Of a DNA stretch of 64,000 bases, positions 12,985 through 27,188 are shown in pieces. The stretch lies in contig NC_043018.1 of assembly GCF_006345805.1 (NCBI RefSeq), positions 3,410,001-3,474,000 on the forward strand, read 5' to 3'. Source of the stretch: Octopus sinensis. Lineage: Eukaryota. The position numbers and the translations under genes are program-made. Position 1 is the first letter of the stretch; each line of letters begins with the position of its first letter. The notes beneath the pieces are model-generated. The model was not told the origin of the DNA, made no database searches, and saw only the letters and a program-made list of their open reading frames with translations.

Positions 12985-14143
12985 ACCAATTAGAATATAT
13001 ACTGGGCATTAAAAACAATGTACTGGGGTGGATTCTTTCGACTAAATATTCTTCAAGTCGGTGCCCCAGCATGGCCACAGTCTAATAACTGAAACATGTA
13101 AAGCATAATGAACATATATATATATATATATATATATATGCATCTATGTGTGTGCGCGCGCACATGTTTGTGAGTGTGGGTGTGGGTGTGTCTTTGTGTT
13201 TGTCTCCCACTACCACTTGACAACCGAGGTTGGTTTCTCTATGTTTCCTTGACTTAGCGGTTCGGGAAAAAGAAACCGATGTCATATGTGCCAGGCTTTA
13301 AAAACAAATAAGTACTGTAGTCATCCCTCTGTTCGATTAAACCCTTCATTGTGGTGCTCCAGCATGGCCGCCGTTTAATGATTCGAATAAGTAAAAGAAA
13401 AACAAGAAAACATATACCGCTTCTTCTGATTTTGTGACCTTGAGCCAATGTGAAGAATTTTTATTTGAAAAGCATCGCTTTATTCTTTTCTATTTGTTCT
13501 TTATATTTGCGCATCAGTGTCTATATTCATCTGACTGTGTATTTGTTTATTTGGAAAGGTAACGCTGAATAAATAACTCTCGGTGAAATATATTTTGAGA
13601 TGAGAGCATTACCTTCCGATATTTAATATCCAGTTTAAATATTCCAACATTTTAAATATCGTTGTTCTCCGACAAATAAAGCAGGTGTTAAAATTTCAAC
13701 TATTGTTATTTGATAAATGTAGCAATTGTTATAAAATTCAGTCGATGGAATAAAGAGCAAAGTAAATATTTGCTTACATAACATGTTTCATATACTGATA
13801 ATTTCCAAAGATAATATATTATTAATCAGACGAAACTCTGCTATTAAGATCTGTCAAAATATAGGCACAATATTCTTTAAGAGACAACGTTTGGCGTAAT
13901 GGCAGGAGCTGTGAAAATATCTAGTGGTGCAAGTTGAAGAAGGGTCTTTGTTTTGAAAACACTGAGATCTCCAGTTGTTTTGCTTTCGTTGTTATTGTTA
14001 ATCACATTAATCACATTCCGAAAAAAGTGCTGGTCTTCTTGCCCGTCATCGTCGTCGTCATTGTTGCAGTTCCTGACTAATGTTAATTCTGGTCGGGCAA
14101 GCTTATGTGTGCGTTTATTTACACACACACACACACACTCACA

Positions 14144-15388
14144 CTAGCAATGCACCCTGATGTTGCCCGGGTGTTATGACCTACAACTACATTGTATTAT
14201 TTGTTCCTTTCCTCTAGACTGAATCGGCTAGCAGTAAGAAAGATGTCCAGGTTTCTTTTAAAATTATTGTCTGGCAGAGTACCCTCCCTTACCTAAAGAA
14301 CTTAATCCTGCGACCCGACCAGGTTTTCGAGGTTATTTTTGTAGTAAAATATACTTGTTGCGCAAAAAGCATACTGTATTTGGTAGCCGAAAGATTAGTG
14401 AATGTTTTGATACCTCATGCATCAAAATTGGGGACTCAGTTAAAGAATACATAAGGAACACACAGACACACAAACACAAACGCACACTCACACTAGCAAT
14501 GCACCTTGATGTTGCCCGGGTGTTATGACCTACAGCCACATTGTATTATTTGTTCCTTTCTTCTAGACAGAATCGGCCCACGAGGAGTATGAAGCAAACA
14601 AAACTTCTTTATAAACATGCTTCTCGGTCAATTTCTGATGAACAACGCTACAGTTTCCATCGACCAAATTCAGTCACAAGTCTGTGGTTGGCCTAGGGCT
14701 ATAGCAGAAAACACTTACCCAAAGTACTATGCGGAGGGACTGAAGATGGAACCCTGTGGTTGGAAAGCAAACTTCTCAACCACACAGTCATTCTTGCACC
14801 TACCATGCGTGTCTGGGTTTACATTTGTTGTTAAATCGAGTATTGTGTCCCTCTGTCTCAAAATTAGCAGTTCATCAAACAGATATCTATAAAATAAATG
14901 CCAGATTGAAATACGTACTGGGGTTAGTATGATCAATTAAATCTTTGAAGGTGATACTCCATCATGGCGACAGTCGAAAGATTAAACCCAGTAAAATAAT
15001 GGCTTCAAATTAAAAGTAATGGATTACTAACCACAAGATAATGAGTTCAAAACTTCGTACTGAACGATAAAACTACATGTACATCTCAGTAATTTGAAGT
15101 TGAATGGTTAGCAGTAAGAAAGATGTCCAGGTTTCTTTTTAAATTATTGTCTGGCAGAGTTACCTCCCTTACCTAAAGAACTTAATCCTGCGACCCGACC
15201 TGGTTTTCGAGGTTATTTTTGTAGTAAAATATACTTGTTGCGCAAAAAGCATACTGTATTTGGTAGCCGAAAGATTAGTGAATGTTTTGATACCTTATAC
15301 GTCAAAATCGGCGACTCAGTTAACGAATACATAAGGAACACACACACACAAACACAAACACACACAAACTTTATTTTATATATTATGA
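14144..15388 (-). mobile_element. Tandem non-autonomous Helitron units (about 349-bp period); second unit interrupted at about 14581-15100
   Basis: Minus-strand 5' TC at 15388; 3' hairpin CCCGGGCAACATCA.GG followed by CTAG at 14144 and 14493; duplicated body 14228-14480 and 15106-15360. Confidence 0.7.
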
Positions 15389-15849
15389 TTTACACAGACG
15401 TACAAGCACACAGGACCGCTTTGTCCTGTGCTCCCCCACTTCTTTGTTGCATGATTCATTGACGATACTTCTACAGAGGTCGAAGTTAAGACAGATGCTA
15501 CGTGCAGTCAGTAAAACATATTCTTTTTCCAAGCATTGTTTATCTAGGACTGCTTTATTCAATGTGCCGTTCAATTTTTAACGATAAAAGGGTTAGATTT
15601 AATGAGTAGTTGCCTGTTATATCTAGCGAGGCAAGCGGTCTTATATAGCCTTCTCCTTGTTCTTTGTATGTTGGACATCTTACACACTTTATCTGCACGT
15701 TTATGTTCACGTGTTATTACTGCTATTCTTTCTTCCTGTATCAGCTCTGTTCAATAAAAGCTATAATCTATGAGAGTGGTCCCTAACCATTTTTCGTTCT
15801 CTTTTTGGTAATGGAACTCTAAGGCCTATTTTACCTATTATACTCTATG

Positions 15850-16135
15850 AATCCTATTTTATTTTCATTGTTTATAATAGATGGGTAGGTGTCCTCATCT
15901 TCTTTATTGTTATCACAACGTTTCGGCTGACGTACTTTCCAGCCTCCATCAGGTGTTCTGGGGGAATTTCGAACCCAACCATTTATGTGAATAATACAGT
16001 ACACTGTTTTCATTCGTAAGGTATTCTTTCTTTTCTTTTTCTTTTTGCTCATGTTATTTTTGTGTTGATATGATTTTTCAAGTCCCTGCCTGGGAATTGA
16101 ACTTAGAATCTGAGGGTTAGTTGCCTGCGCTCTTA
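15850..16135 (-). mobile_element. tRNA-headed SINE-like element carrying an HHR (core variant CTGATGG)
   Basis: B-box AAGTTCAATTCC near 16095; HHR at 15914-15955; homologous to 35117-35639. Confidence 0.72.
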
Positions 16136-16378
16136 TTCAACCAAGCAGGGAATTGAAAAATAATATCAACAGAGAAATAACATCAGTCACATACCTTATG
16201 AATGAGAACAGAGTACCCCCATTAGTCAAATAAAGGGCTGGGTTCGAAATTCCACCAGAACACCTGATGAAGGCTGGAGAGTACATCAGCCGAAATGTTG
16301 TGATAACAGCAGACAAGATGAGGACACCAATCCGTCCACTGTAAAGTACATAATTCCTCATTTCAAAAATATAGAATA
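16136..16378 (+). mobile_element. 5'-truncated inverted copy of the HHR-SINE
   Basis: Starts in a B-box remnant; CAC-CTGATGA-AGGCTG..CAGCC-GAAA-T-GTT-GTG at 16261-16302. Confidence 0.75.
16261..16302 (+). ncRNA. Minimal type I hammerhead ribozyme
   Basis: Stem I CAC/GTG, CTGATGA, stem II GGCTG/CAGCC, GAAA, GTT site. Confidence 0.78.
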
Positions 16379-16759
16379 ATACTATTTTATTTTTTTAAGT
16401 AAATATCATATGAAGTTTTATTATTATTGCTTTGTCATTTTTTTCGAGATCTTTTCATGGGTGTAAATATAACAAATCTTTTCTTTTGGTATTCTATTGC
16501 ACTTTGTTTTATACGACCTGTTCCAAGTCTTAAACGGTAAAATGGACTTTTTACTATAAGTGCTATTTATGATTAGCAATGAGGTATTGTTGAGAAACGA
16601 GACAAGAATCTAAGAACAAAGATTCGGTTAAATTTGTACACTGTTTTCTGGAACCGCAGTAAACTAGGTTTTATACCAATTTCCTCCATCGATATGTTCA
16701 AATAATTAGGGATAGTTCTTAATGCGCCTCTAACTACAGGGGTTTATTTTATTTATTTT

Positions 16760-17190
16760 GTTTCCGTTTCTTGCCGAGTGTCTTCCCGACTCCTATGGCA
16801 AACGAACTCTCTGTACTCATTAATAAAAGAACTCGCTGCATATATCAATATTTCGTGAAACTAAACACACCAAACTGTTCATTTTCAAAATGAAATGAAG
16901 TGACGAGGAAAAAATTCATGTCGGGTGAGTAATCGTTCTCGCATCGACAATGTTAAAAGAATCTTTTGCAGTTAAAAGAATCTTTTGCACTTCTTGCGGA
17001 GATGGTAAACAAAGAATCATTCTCAAATAATTTTCTGTTCCGTTTTTGATCATTCCAAGTGCTGCTACAATCATTGGTATTGAAACCGCCTTAAGAGGCC
17101 ACTTTTTTTTTATTATTTCCATGAGAAAATCTCTATATTTTCTCAGCAGGTAAAATTCTTTTGCCGCGGTATTATGATCACTAGATATAT
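16760..17190 (-). mobile_element. R4/Dong-like LINE 3' remnant
   Basis: EIIKKKWPLKAVSIPMIVAALGMIKNGTENYL matches the RLE-domain C-terminal IP..IGALG motif. Confidence 0.65.
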
Positions 17191-17938
17191 TATTATTATT
17201 ATAATCATTATCATCATTATTGTAATTATCTTTAGAGTCACCAGCGCTACATCGATTGCAATAACATTTGTTAATTCCACTTAAGCTCTGTTTTGTTTAT
17301 TTCATCAAATATAATTTAATTATAATAATTTAAAACAATTATTATTAGGTTAAGGCAATAAAATAACAACAACATTATCAATTGGATAAGAATAACATGT
17401 TGCAAGTGAGAGGAACCAACGGCGTCAGCGTCGTCGTTCAAAATGTAATTACAGTGGGTGTGGTTAAAAGATATACCAGTAGACAATATTAAAGAGGTAA
17501 GAGCATTGTACGGTTCGCTGGATCGAATCTAGCAGCGGACACGTACATTACCTGAGTGATTATTAACAAAGAATATCTCTTACCTGTGAAGTGTGGACCA
17601 CAGAGAAACTTTTCTCAGAAACAATATATATATATATATGTATGTATGCATGCGTGTATGTATGTATGTATGTATGTATATATGTATATATGTATGTATA
17701 TATATACATATATATACATATATATATGTATATATACATATACATATATATATATAAATATATACACATATATATACACAGATGGGTAGTTAGATACATA
17801 GATACATATTTACACACACATATACACATATATATAGATAGGTATAATATTTATATATTATATTACATATTTATATTTATATATTACATATAATATACAT
17901 AACATACGCACACACACAAACACGCACACACTGGCACG

Positions 17939-17988
<50 letters not shown>

Positions 17989-18054
17989 AATGTACGAATA
18001 TAAATTTACAGGCAAACAAGATAGATAGATAGATAGAAAGATAGATAGATAGAC

Positions 18055-18129
<75 letters not shown>

Positions 18130-18130
18130 C

Positions 18131-18221
<91 letters not shown>

Positions 18222-18492
18222 CTGATAGATAGACTGATTGATTGATAGAGAGATGGAGTGAGAGGTGTGTATATGTCTATAATGTGTGGAATGGTACTGC
18301 ATAGACTCTGAAACGAGTGGAGGCGTCTAGAATGCAATCACACAGGCAAAAATCAACTGGCGGAAATATCAACATTCAGTGCCAAACTTAATTCCGACCA
18401 AGAGATGGAATTGCTCGGCCAGACAAATACGACCGATGAATGTCTGAGGACAGGAGCATGAAACACGGAATGATGGAATACAATTGGCTGGA

Positions 18493-18526
<34 letters not shown>

Positions 18527-18744
18527 CTGTCTCTTCGTTATTTCATTATTGAAATTCTCCCTCTGAAGAAGGATTTGGTTTCTAACAAAGATACAAAGTT
18601 CCATCTTTGAAATGTAGATAACGAAAACAATGTCACATTCTAAACCTGAGAAAAGTCTTCCAGAGTTTTACTGTTCCGCTTACAGATTGGATATGTAATG
18701 TACGCATCAATTAGTTGATTTCTCTTTCTGAAAATCCAAGCTAT

Positions 18745-19008
18745 ATGTATGCATGCATGTATGTATGTATGTATGTATGTATGTATGTAGTATGTATATG
18801 TATGTATGTATGTATCATGTATGTATGTGATGTAATGTAATTATGTATGTATGTTGTATGTATGTAGGTATGTATGTTTGCATGTGTGTATGTATGTTAT
18901 GTATGTATGTATGTATGTTGTATGTATGTTGTATGTATGTAGTTTGTATGTATGTATGTCTGTATGTATGTATGTATGTATGCATGTATGTATATGTATG
19001 TATGTATG

Positions 19009-19040
<32 letters not shown>

Positions 19041-19240
19041 GGTATGTATGTTTGCTGTGGGTATGTATGTTTGTAGTATGTATGTATGTGTTTGTATGTA
19101 TGTATGTATGTATGTATGTTTGTATGTATGTATGTATGTAGGTATGTATGTTTGCATGTGTGTATGTATGTGTGTATGCATGCATGCATGTATGTATGTA
19201 TGTATGTATGTATGTATGTATGTATGTATGTATGTATGTG
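18745..19240. repeat. Degenerate (TATG)n array, about 500 bp
   Basis: Read directly. Confidence 0.95.
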
Positions 19241-19612
19241 CATAGCAGTTTAGGTCTAGATAGGGCAGAATTTATTGCTACTGTAGTATGTCTGGTTATC
19301 TTCACCCACAATTTGGTACTTTCAGAGAATTTGAAAGTCCACGCGGGCAGAAAATTCTGGTACCTCACTGGCAAAGGCGTGAGTGAGTATTAAGACGAGT
19401 GACATATGCTACAAGTAAGAAGCCGAAAGAGGAATTAAGCGCATCTTCATTATCAATTGCAATTCTTTCAGAACCATTCCGTTTCTTTCGCCGTTGCACG
19501 TAAAGGATGGCATGCGAAGAATAAGGCAATAAGCGTGTCTGATTATTTTGACTGGTACTTCGTCAGAGCACAAATTTAGGGCAACATCATTATTAGTTAA
19601 AATTGTTTCAGC

Positions 19613-19659
19613 ACCACTACGTTTCTGACATCGTTGCAGAGATGCTTCATCAAAGTAGT
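19613..19659 (-). ncRNA. Degenerate hammerhead motif
   Basis: ACTAC-t-TTGATGA-AGCATC..GATGT-ca-GAAAC-GTA-GTGGT; C3 replaced by U. Confidence 0.55.
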
Positions 19660-20113
19660 CTGAAGTGCCACTCCGAGATAATCAATCCCAAATATTGCGA
19701 AACGTTTCACATCTAATCATTTACGTGTAATGTCGTTTGAAAGAGTGGGATAGCAAAAAAAATTGTAAACAATTATTATAGATATGCTAAATTCATTCTT
19801 TTCCTGCTCACTCGTATCTTATGTGTGTGGTGTGTGTGTGTGTGTGTTGTGTGTGTGTATAAATTAAAGGTGTCTGATCTGCTAGGATCGCACCACCTGC
19901 ATATGAGCTGGAGCGAAAATGAAATGCAAATCTGGTAACATTTGAAGCATGTTACGTCACCTGATGAAGTTCTGTTGCACTGTGCGTTGCATCTGATGTC
20001 ATTACATCATCCCTCGGACACTGGGGAGCAGTGCAGAATGAAGCCGAAACGATTATTGTGCTAATAAAGCTTCTAGTTACACTCCGTATTCCATATTGAT
20101 CATTATGTATGTA

Positions 20114-20492
20114 TGTGTGTGGTGTGTGTGTGTGTGTGTGTGTGTGTATGCATGTACCATGTACGTATGTATGTATGCATGTCATCATATGATTTAAACG
20201 GTTTGTCTTATATGATTGGCAGAGAAGTTGAGTTAACTCTAGGCGTTAAAAGCCGCTGATGAGAATTAATGTTTCAACCACAAGATTCGAATTTGCGATA
20301 CGGCCTCATATGCTAAGGACTTACCTCCCTTTATCAATCATTAAATTAGAGTGTTTTTGTGGCTTAGAGTTAATTTAACTCTTATTTTAGCATAACCGTG
20401 CTGACCAGCAACCCCGTCACTTTGTGACCTCTCTCTTAGTTTGCTTTTGGGTGTTTCTAATTGCTATTAAACCATCTTTTTAATTTGTTATA

Positions 20493-20525
<33 letters not shown>

Positions 20526-20931
20526 TGTAAGAAGACGCATGGCTTATGGTTAGGATAACTGGCGGCGCATCATGTCCTGGAACAACCATTTCTGTTCTAT
20601 GTCACGCTGAATGTTTCTGAAAACTACTTTAAGGTTGCGCATGTCTATGAAGTACTCAGCCGCTTTGCATGTTTATTTCACGAACGCAGGATGTTTGTTC
20701 TACTAAAGGCACAAGGCGTGAAATTTCGGCGGTGGGGGGGGAGGATGAGTTTCACTGGTATTATTTTATTGAACCCCGAAGAGATAAAAGGCAAAGTTGA
20801 CCTCGGTGGAGTGTGAACCCAGAACATACAGACGATCAAAATGCCGCAACGACGCATTTTGACCGGAGTGCGTGCTAACGATTCAGCCAGTTTCGCCTTT
20901 TATGCATATATATATATATATATATATTATA

Positions 20932-20986
<55 letters not shown>

Positions 20987-21468
20987 NNNNNNNNNNNNNN
21001 NNNNNNNNNNNNNNNNNNNNNNNNNNNNNNNNNNNNNNNNNNNNNNNNNNNNNNNNNNNNNNNNNNNNNNNNNNNNNNNNNNNNNNTGTGTGTGTGGTGT
21101 GTGTGTGTGTGTGTGTGTATGCATGTACCATGTACGTATGTATGTATGCATGTCATCATATGATTTAAACGGTTTGTCTTATATGATTGGCAGAGGAAGT
21201 TGAGTTTAACCCTAGGCGTTAAAAGCCGCTGATGAGAATTAATGTTTCAACACCAAGATTCGAATTTGCGATACGGCCTCATATGCTAAGGACTTACCTC
21301 CCTTTATCAATCATTAAATTAGAGTGTTTTGTGGCTTTAGAGTTAATTTAACTCTTATTTTAGCATAACCGGTGCTGACCAGCAACCCCCGTCACTTTTG
21401 TGACCTTTCTCTTAAGTTTGCTTTTGGGTTCTAATTGCTATTAAACCATCTTTTTAATTTGTTATATT

Positions 21469-21499
<31 letters not shown>

Positions 21500-21891
21500 A
21501 GACGCAGGGCTTAGTGGTTAGGATAACTGGCGGCGCATCATGTCCTGGAACAAACCATTTCTGTTCTATGTCACGCTGAATGTTTCTGAAAACTACTTTA
21601 AGGTTGCGCATGTCTATGAAGTACTCAGCCGCTTTGCATGTTTATTTCACGAACGCAGGATGTTTGTTCTACTAAAGGCACAAGGCGTGAAATTTCGGCG
21701 GTGGGGGGGGAGGATGAGTTTCACTGGTATTATTTTATTGAACCCCGAAGAGATAAAAGGCAAAGTTGACCTCGGTGGAGAGTGTGAACCCAGAACATAC
21801 AGACGATCAAAATGCCGAACGCATTTTGACCGGAGTGCGTGCTAACGATTCAGCCAGTTCGCCTTTTATGCATATATATATATATATATAT

Positions 21892-21924
<33 letters not shown>
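20114..21924. repeat. About 850-bp direct duplication flanking the gap, probably a false duplication
   Basis: 20114-20986 nearly equals 21087-21924; differences are mostly 1-bp indels. Confidence 0.85.
20987..21086. other. Assembly gap (100 N)
   Basis: Run of exactly 100 N. Confidence 0.99.
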
Positions 21925-21925
<1 letters not shown>

Positions 21926-22270
21926 CAAATCACAATCAAGGAACGGCCATAATAGGCCATTCACCCACTAGAAATAACAGCCAAAGCTTCAACCGCAAAA
22001 TAACATCAATTCCGTAAACCAGGAGAAAATTAAAAAAACTTTACCCTGTAATTTCTTATACGATGCACCGTTTCATCTAGATGAAACGGTGTCGTATAAG
22101 AAATTACAGGGTAAAAAGATGAAACGGTGCATCGTATAAGAAATTACAGGGTAAATGTTTTTTAATTTTCTCCTGTTTACGGAATTGATGTTATTGCGGT
22201 TTGAAGCTTTGGCTGTTATTTCTAGTGGGTGAATGGCCTATTATGGCCGTTCCTTGATTGTGATGTTGAA
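21925..22270. mobile_element. Foldback insertion with apex inside a truncated hammerhead
   Basis: Palindrome centred on CTAG 22077-22080, arms about 150 bp; GAAACGGTGCATCGTA matches HHR GAAA, stem III and GTA; about 37-bp tandem duplication on the right arm. Confidence 0.75.
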
Positions 22271-22422
22271 CTTAAAAATGGTCTATGACTATTTATTTTT
22301 TTCCCACTAGGCCGCTGGTGGCAAAAAAATTCTACAAAATTTTTTGCACCCCATATATTGATTAATTATAATATTATAATATTATATATATTATATATAT
22401 ATATATATATAAATGTTATATA

Positions 22423-22516
<94 letters not shown>

Positions 22517-22726
22517 AGGTCCCGGGTTGAGTCGGGGGTTAACCACAGTTAATACTTCTATAAAATAAATTAAGGGACAGGCAACAAGTTGCTTGGCGCA
22601 TACCGAAAAATTAGAAATAGCAGTCAAGACTTTATTTTCTATTTTCTACAAGTGGGACTTCACACATGACATACCCTGTAATTCACATATGCAAAACAGA
22701 ATTGGATGCTAATTGGATTTTTACTC

Positions 22727-22758
<32 letters not shown>

Positions 22759-23052
22759 TAACATACATCTATTAATATGTAGGGAGTGTATTAACGTATA
22801 TTTGCATGCACACATCTATACATGCATTTGTTGTTAATTCTGCGTGACATGCATCACTTTTGGGTGATGGTTTCTCTCTTTCTGTGACACTGTTGAACTG
22901 TGGAACGAGGGGGCAGTGGCAGTGGTCCAAAATGGTTGACGAGAGAGATGGTTGGTGAAAGACGAAGGCAGTCAGACGAGCAGACGCTAAATAAAATTCA
23001 AGATGGAATGTGGAAAAATAGTGTGAAGACAATTCTGATTGCAAGAGGGAAG

Positions 23053-23072
23053 TGTGTGTGGTGTGGTGTGTG

Positions 23073-23110
<38 letters not shown>

Positions 23111-23372
23111 GTGTGTGAGTGTGTTTGTGTGTGTGTGTGTGTGTTTGTGTGTTTGTGTGTGCGTGTTTATGTGTGTGTGTGTGTTCGTGTGTGTTTGTGT
23201 GTGTGTGCGCGTTTGTGTGTATGTTGTGTGTGTGTGTGGTGTGTGTTTGTGGTGTGTGTGTGTGTGTTGTGTATGTGTGTGTGTGTTGTGTGGTGTGTGG
23301 TGTGTTTTGTGTGTGGTGTGTGTTAGTGTGGTTTGTGTGTGTGTGTTTGTGTGTGGTGTGTGTGTGTGTGTG
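23053..23372. repeat. Degenerate (GT)n array
   Basis: Read directly. Confidence 0.95.
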
Positions 23373-23851
23373 GTCTAGATAGACAGACAGGTAGATAGAT
23401 ACATAGAAAGAGCGAGTAAGGGAGAGATAATCGCATGTGTAATGAAATATATGAGTTAGTGTGAATAATGAAGAAGGACAGGGAAGTGGAACGATGACCT
23501 TTGAAATATAGAAGGAGTTATTGAAATTCAAAGAGTGGACCTGAATGAAAAAGATGAAGAGAAACAGTTAATGTTTGATGATAGAAGTGGAGAGAAGAAA
23601 TGCTGCAAAATGCGAAGAAACGTAAGGAGAAAGGGAGGTTGGTTTGGGAAAGGAGGAAAGAATGAGAGAATAATTGGAAGAATAGAAATTAAAACACAGA
23701 AAAGAAATGGAGCGAGGCTCGAAGCAGAAATATTAACAATTACTGGGAAATAAATAAAAATAACAACCTGTCGATTTTGACTGGTATTATAGTAGGATCC
23801 ACACATCCATACATCCACACACACAACACACACACACACACACACACACAT

Positions 23852-23893
<42 letters not shown>

Positions 23894-24049
23894 TATATAT
23901 ATATATACATATATATATACATATACATATATATAATGCATAATATATATATATATATATATAATATACAAAAACACCACACACACATATACATACATAT
24001 CTACACGCACACACACACACATATATATATATACATACATATCTACACG

Positions 24050-24083
<34 letters not shown>

Positions 24084-24222
24084 CATATGTGTGACAAAAA
24101 GAAATTTGTGTATTTCGTATATTCGGGTAATAAATTCCTTAGAAATAATTGAAAACCAGGCAACTTAAGGAGTCAAAATGGAATACGAACTGAAGAATGT
24201 AATTAATGTATGTCTTGTAATT

Positions 24223-25148
24223 TTAATCTTCATCGTCGGAATAAATTCCTAATTTTTTCATGATCCATTGGAATTTGGCCACCATTTCTTCTTGCATCAG
24301 TGAGAAACACATTGAAACAATGGCCATACCGAACAGAATGTAAAACCCACCAACAATTAGCTGAATGTTCGTCTGTGGGTTGTCAAAATCCGTTCCGGGC
24401 ACAACGTCTCCGAAGCCAATGGTACTGAGAGTGATAAAACAGAAATAAGTGGCCTGCAGAAGGTCCCAGCCTTCCCACAACTTGAAGAGCAATGCTCCAA
24501 ACATGATATAGACGAATATGACCAACATTGTTACCGTCAATGGAATCGTGACGTCGGCCAGCTCGTCGTCGTCGTCGTCGTCGTAGTCATAGTCGTAGTC
24601 GTCGTATTCGTTCGTCCTCAACATTATTGGTTCCCGTTCATCTTTCGGAATAGGAACCGGATATATTCTGCTGTTTTTCTCGCCGCCCTGACTTAATGCC
24701 GATGACGTGGAATCGTTGTAAACGCTGTTGGGTCTGGAACGTAAATATGGCGCATGGCTCGGACTATCCATGTTTGAGAATTTGGTTGTCGTTACTTTCT
24801 TCTCGTATTTTTGCTCTTCGATTACAGACACGTCGTAAGAATTTTTCTCGTTACCCATCATCTTCATTTCGTAGTCTGGGTTTGTGTCCGCATTATCGAA
24901 ATTTTTCTTTTGCGACTGAACGGCCTGACTGGTGTTCTTTAGGGAAGTAATCGAGCTTGTTCTATCTTTTTTAGGTTTTCGACGACAAAATCCACAACAA
25001 ATGATTTTGGAATAAACGAAGCGAAACACGTTGGCCAGTGCATCTCCGATGTTCGCCAAACATAGCAGCATCAACGGAATTCCAAGAATGGCATAAGCAA
25101 TACACACAAGGCGACCCCACGTTGTCTTGGGAGCTATATGTCCATAAC
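24223..25148 (-). CDS. K2P potassium channel, coding exon 2: GYG, M2, long cytoplasmic loop, M3, P2, M4, short C-tail
   Basis: Acceptor TTCTTTTTTCAG|GTTATGGA at 25149/25148 completes TIGYG; [19 protein letters not shown]; P2 [18 protein letters not shown]; stop TAA 24225-24223. 400+926 nt = 441 aa plus stop. Confidence 0.95.
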
Positions 25149-25695
25149 CTGAAAAAAGAATACAAAATAATAAATGCATAGTAACCAACCAGTAAATGCT
25201 AAAAGCATCGAATACAGTAAGCTACAATAAAATATAGAATAATTTAACAAATTTCTGTTTTAGGTTATTCACCTGATACAAAAATAACGAAATTGCACTG
25301 GTCCTTTACCAACTCCATGCTACAGAAAGCTCTCGTGGGTCCTAATTTGACAGCGAGACGAAATACATATTGCTTTAAAGTTTTGGCACAAGTCCAGCAA
25401 ATTCAAGGGACGGATAGGTCGATCAGATTAATTCCAATGATCAACTGGTGCTTATTTTATCGACCCCGAAAGGATGAAAGACAAAGACCAACTCGGCAGA
25501 ACCGAGACGCAGTGCATATGAATATGGTAAAGTAGGATTCCTTAACTTTTCCCTGCAACCACATATATCAGTCATAAGAATGAGGGCCATGGATGGCACC
25601 ACCATCACAAATTTTAATCGAATGAAACGTTCCAGTGCTTGTTATACATATGTATGTATATATATACGTATGTATGTATGTACGTATGTATGTAT

Positions 25696-25752
<57 letters not shown>

Positions 25753-25904
25753 GTATGTATATATATATATGTGGTGTGTATATGTATATATACATATATA
25801 TAGGCATACATATATATGTATATATATATAGACATATACATACGTATATATATACATATACAGATATAATACACACATATATATATACATACATACATAT
25901 ATAT

Positions 25905-25957
<53 letters not shown>

Positions 25958-26016
25958 GGTTATATGTATGTATATATACAATATATATACACATACACAT
26001 ATATATAAATATATAT

Positions 26017-26362
26017 CGCTGGAGTGGTTGTGTGATAAGTAGCTTGCTTACCAACCACATGGTTCCGGGTTCGGTCCCACTGCATGACACCTAGGGCTTC
26101 TACTATAGCCTTAGGCCGACCAAAGCCTCGTGAGTGGATTTGCTAGACGAAAACTGAAAGAAGCCCCTCAAATATATATATATATATATGTGTGCATATC
26201 TTTGTGTCTGTATCTGTCCCCCTACCATCGCTTGACAACCGATGTTGGTGTGTCTACGTCCCCGTAACTTAGCAGTTCGGCAAAAAAACTGATAGAATAA
26301 GTACTAGTCTTACCAAGAATAAGTCTTGGATCTCCAGCATGGCTGCAGTAAAATGACTGAAA
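26017..26362 (+). mobile_element. SINE family B
   Basis: Homologous to 11835-12295. Confidence 0.85.
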
Positions 26363-26690
26363 CAGTGGTTAGAGCGTCGAGTTTACGATCGCGAGGTTGT
26401 GAGTTCGAATCCCGTACTGAGCTGCGTGTTGTGTTCTTGAGCAAGACACTTTATTCACGTTGCTCCAGTTCACTCAGCTGTAGAAATGAGTTGCGACCTC
26501 ACAGGTGCCAAGCTGTATCAGCCTTTGCCTTTCCCTTCGATAGCACTGATGGTGGGGAGAGGGGAGACCGCTATGCATGGGCGACGGCTGGTCATCCATA
26601 AACAACCTTGCCCGAACTTGTGCCTGGGAGGGTAACTTTCTAAGTGCAATCCCATGGTCAGTCATGACCGAAGAGGGTCTCAGCAGCAGT
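26363..26690 (+). mobile_element. tRNA-derived SINE (family C-related head, different tail)
   Basis: CAGTGGTTAG, B-box GAGTTCGAATCCC, TTCTTGAGCAAGACACTTTAT core. Confidence 0.75.
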
Positions 26691-26764
26691 ACATGTACCA
26701 GGACCTCGCTAGTTCTTCTTTTGGGGATTTACTATATATATATATATATATTATATATATATAT

Positions 26765-27188
26765 ACTCTTTACTCTTTTACTCTTTTACTTGTTTCAGTC
26801 ATTTGACTGCGGCCATGCTGGAGCACCGCCTTAATCGAGCAACTCAACACCGGGACTTATTCTTTTGTAAGCCCAGTACTTATTCTATCGGTCTCTTTTG
26901 CCGAACTGCTAAGTAACGAGGACATAAACACACCAGCATTGGTTGTCAAGCAATGCTAGGGGGACAAACACAGATACACAAAGAGACACACGTATATATA
27001 TATATATATATACATACATATATACGATGGGCTTCTTTCAGTTTCCGTCTACCAAATCCACTCACAAGTCTTTGGTCAGCCCGTGGCTACAGTAGAAGAC
27101 ACTTGCCCAAGGTGCCACGCAGTGGGACTGAACCCGGAACCATGTGGTTGGTAAACAAGCTACTTACCACACACCCACTCCTGCGCCT
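26765..27188 (-). mobile_element. SINE family B
   Basis: Full-length reverse copy. Confidence 0.88.

Noticed and set aside
18430-18475. CCGATGA..GAAAC hammerhead-like string
   Set aside because: No convincing stem I, stem III or NUH site.
25149-25188. ORF-track N-terminus [13 protein letters not shown] of the 321-aa ORF
   Set aside because: It is the intron polypyrimidine tract and acceptor; the true protein starts in exon 1.
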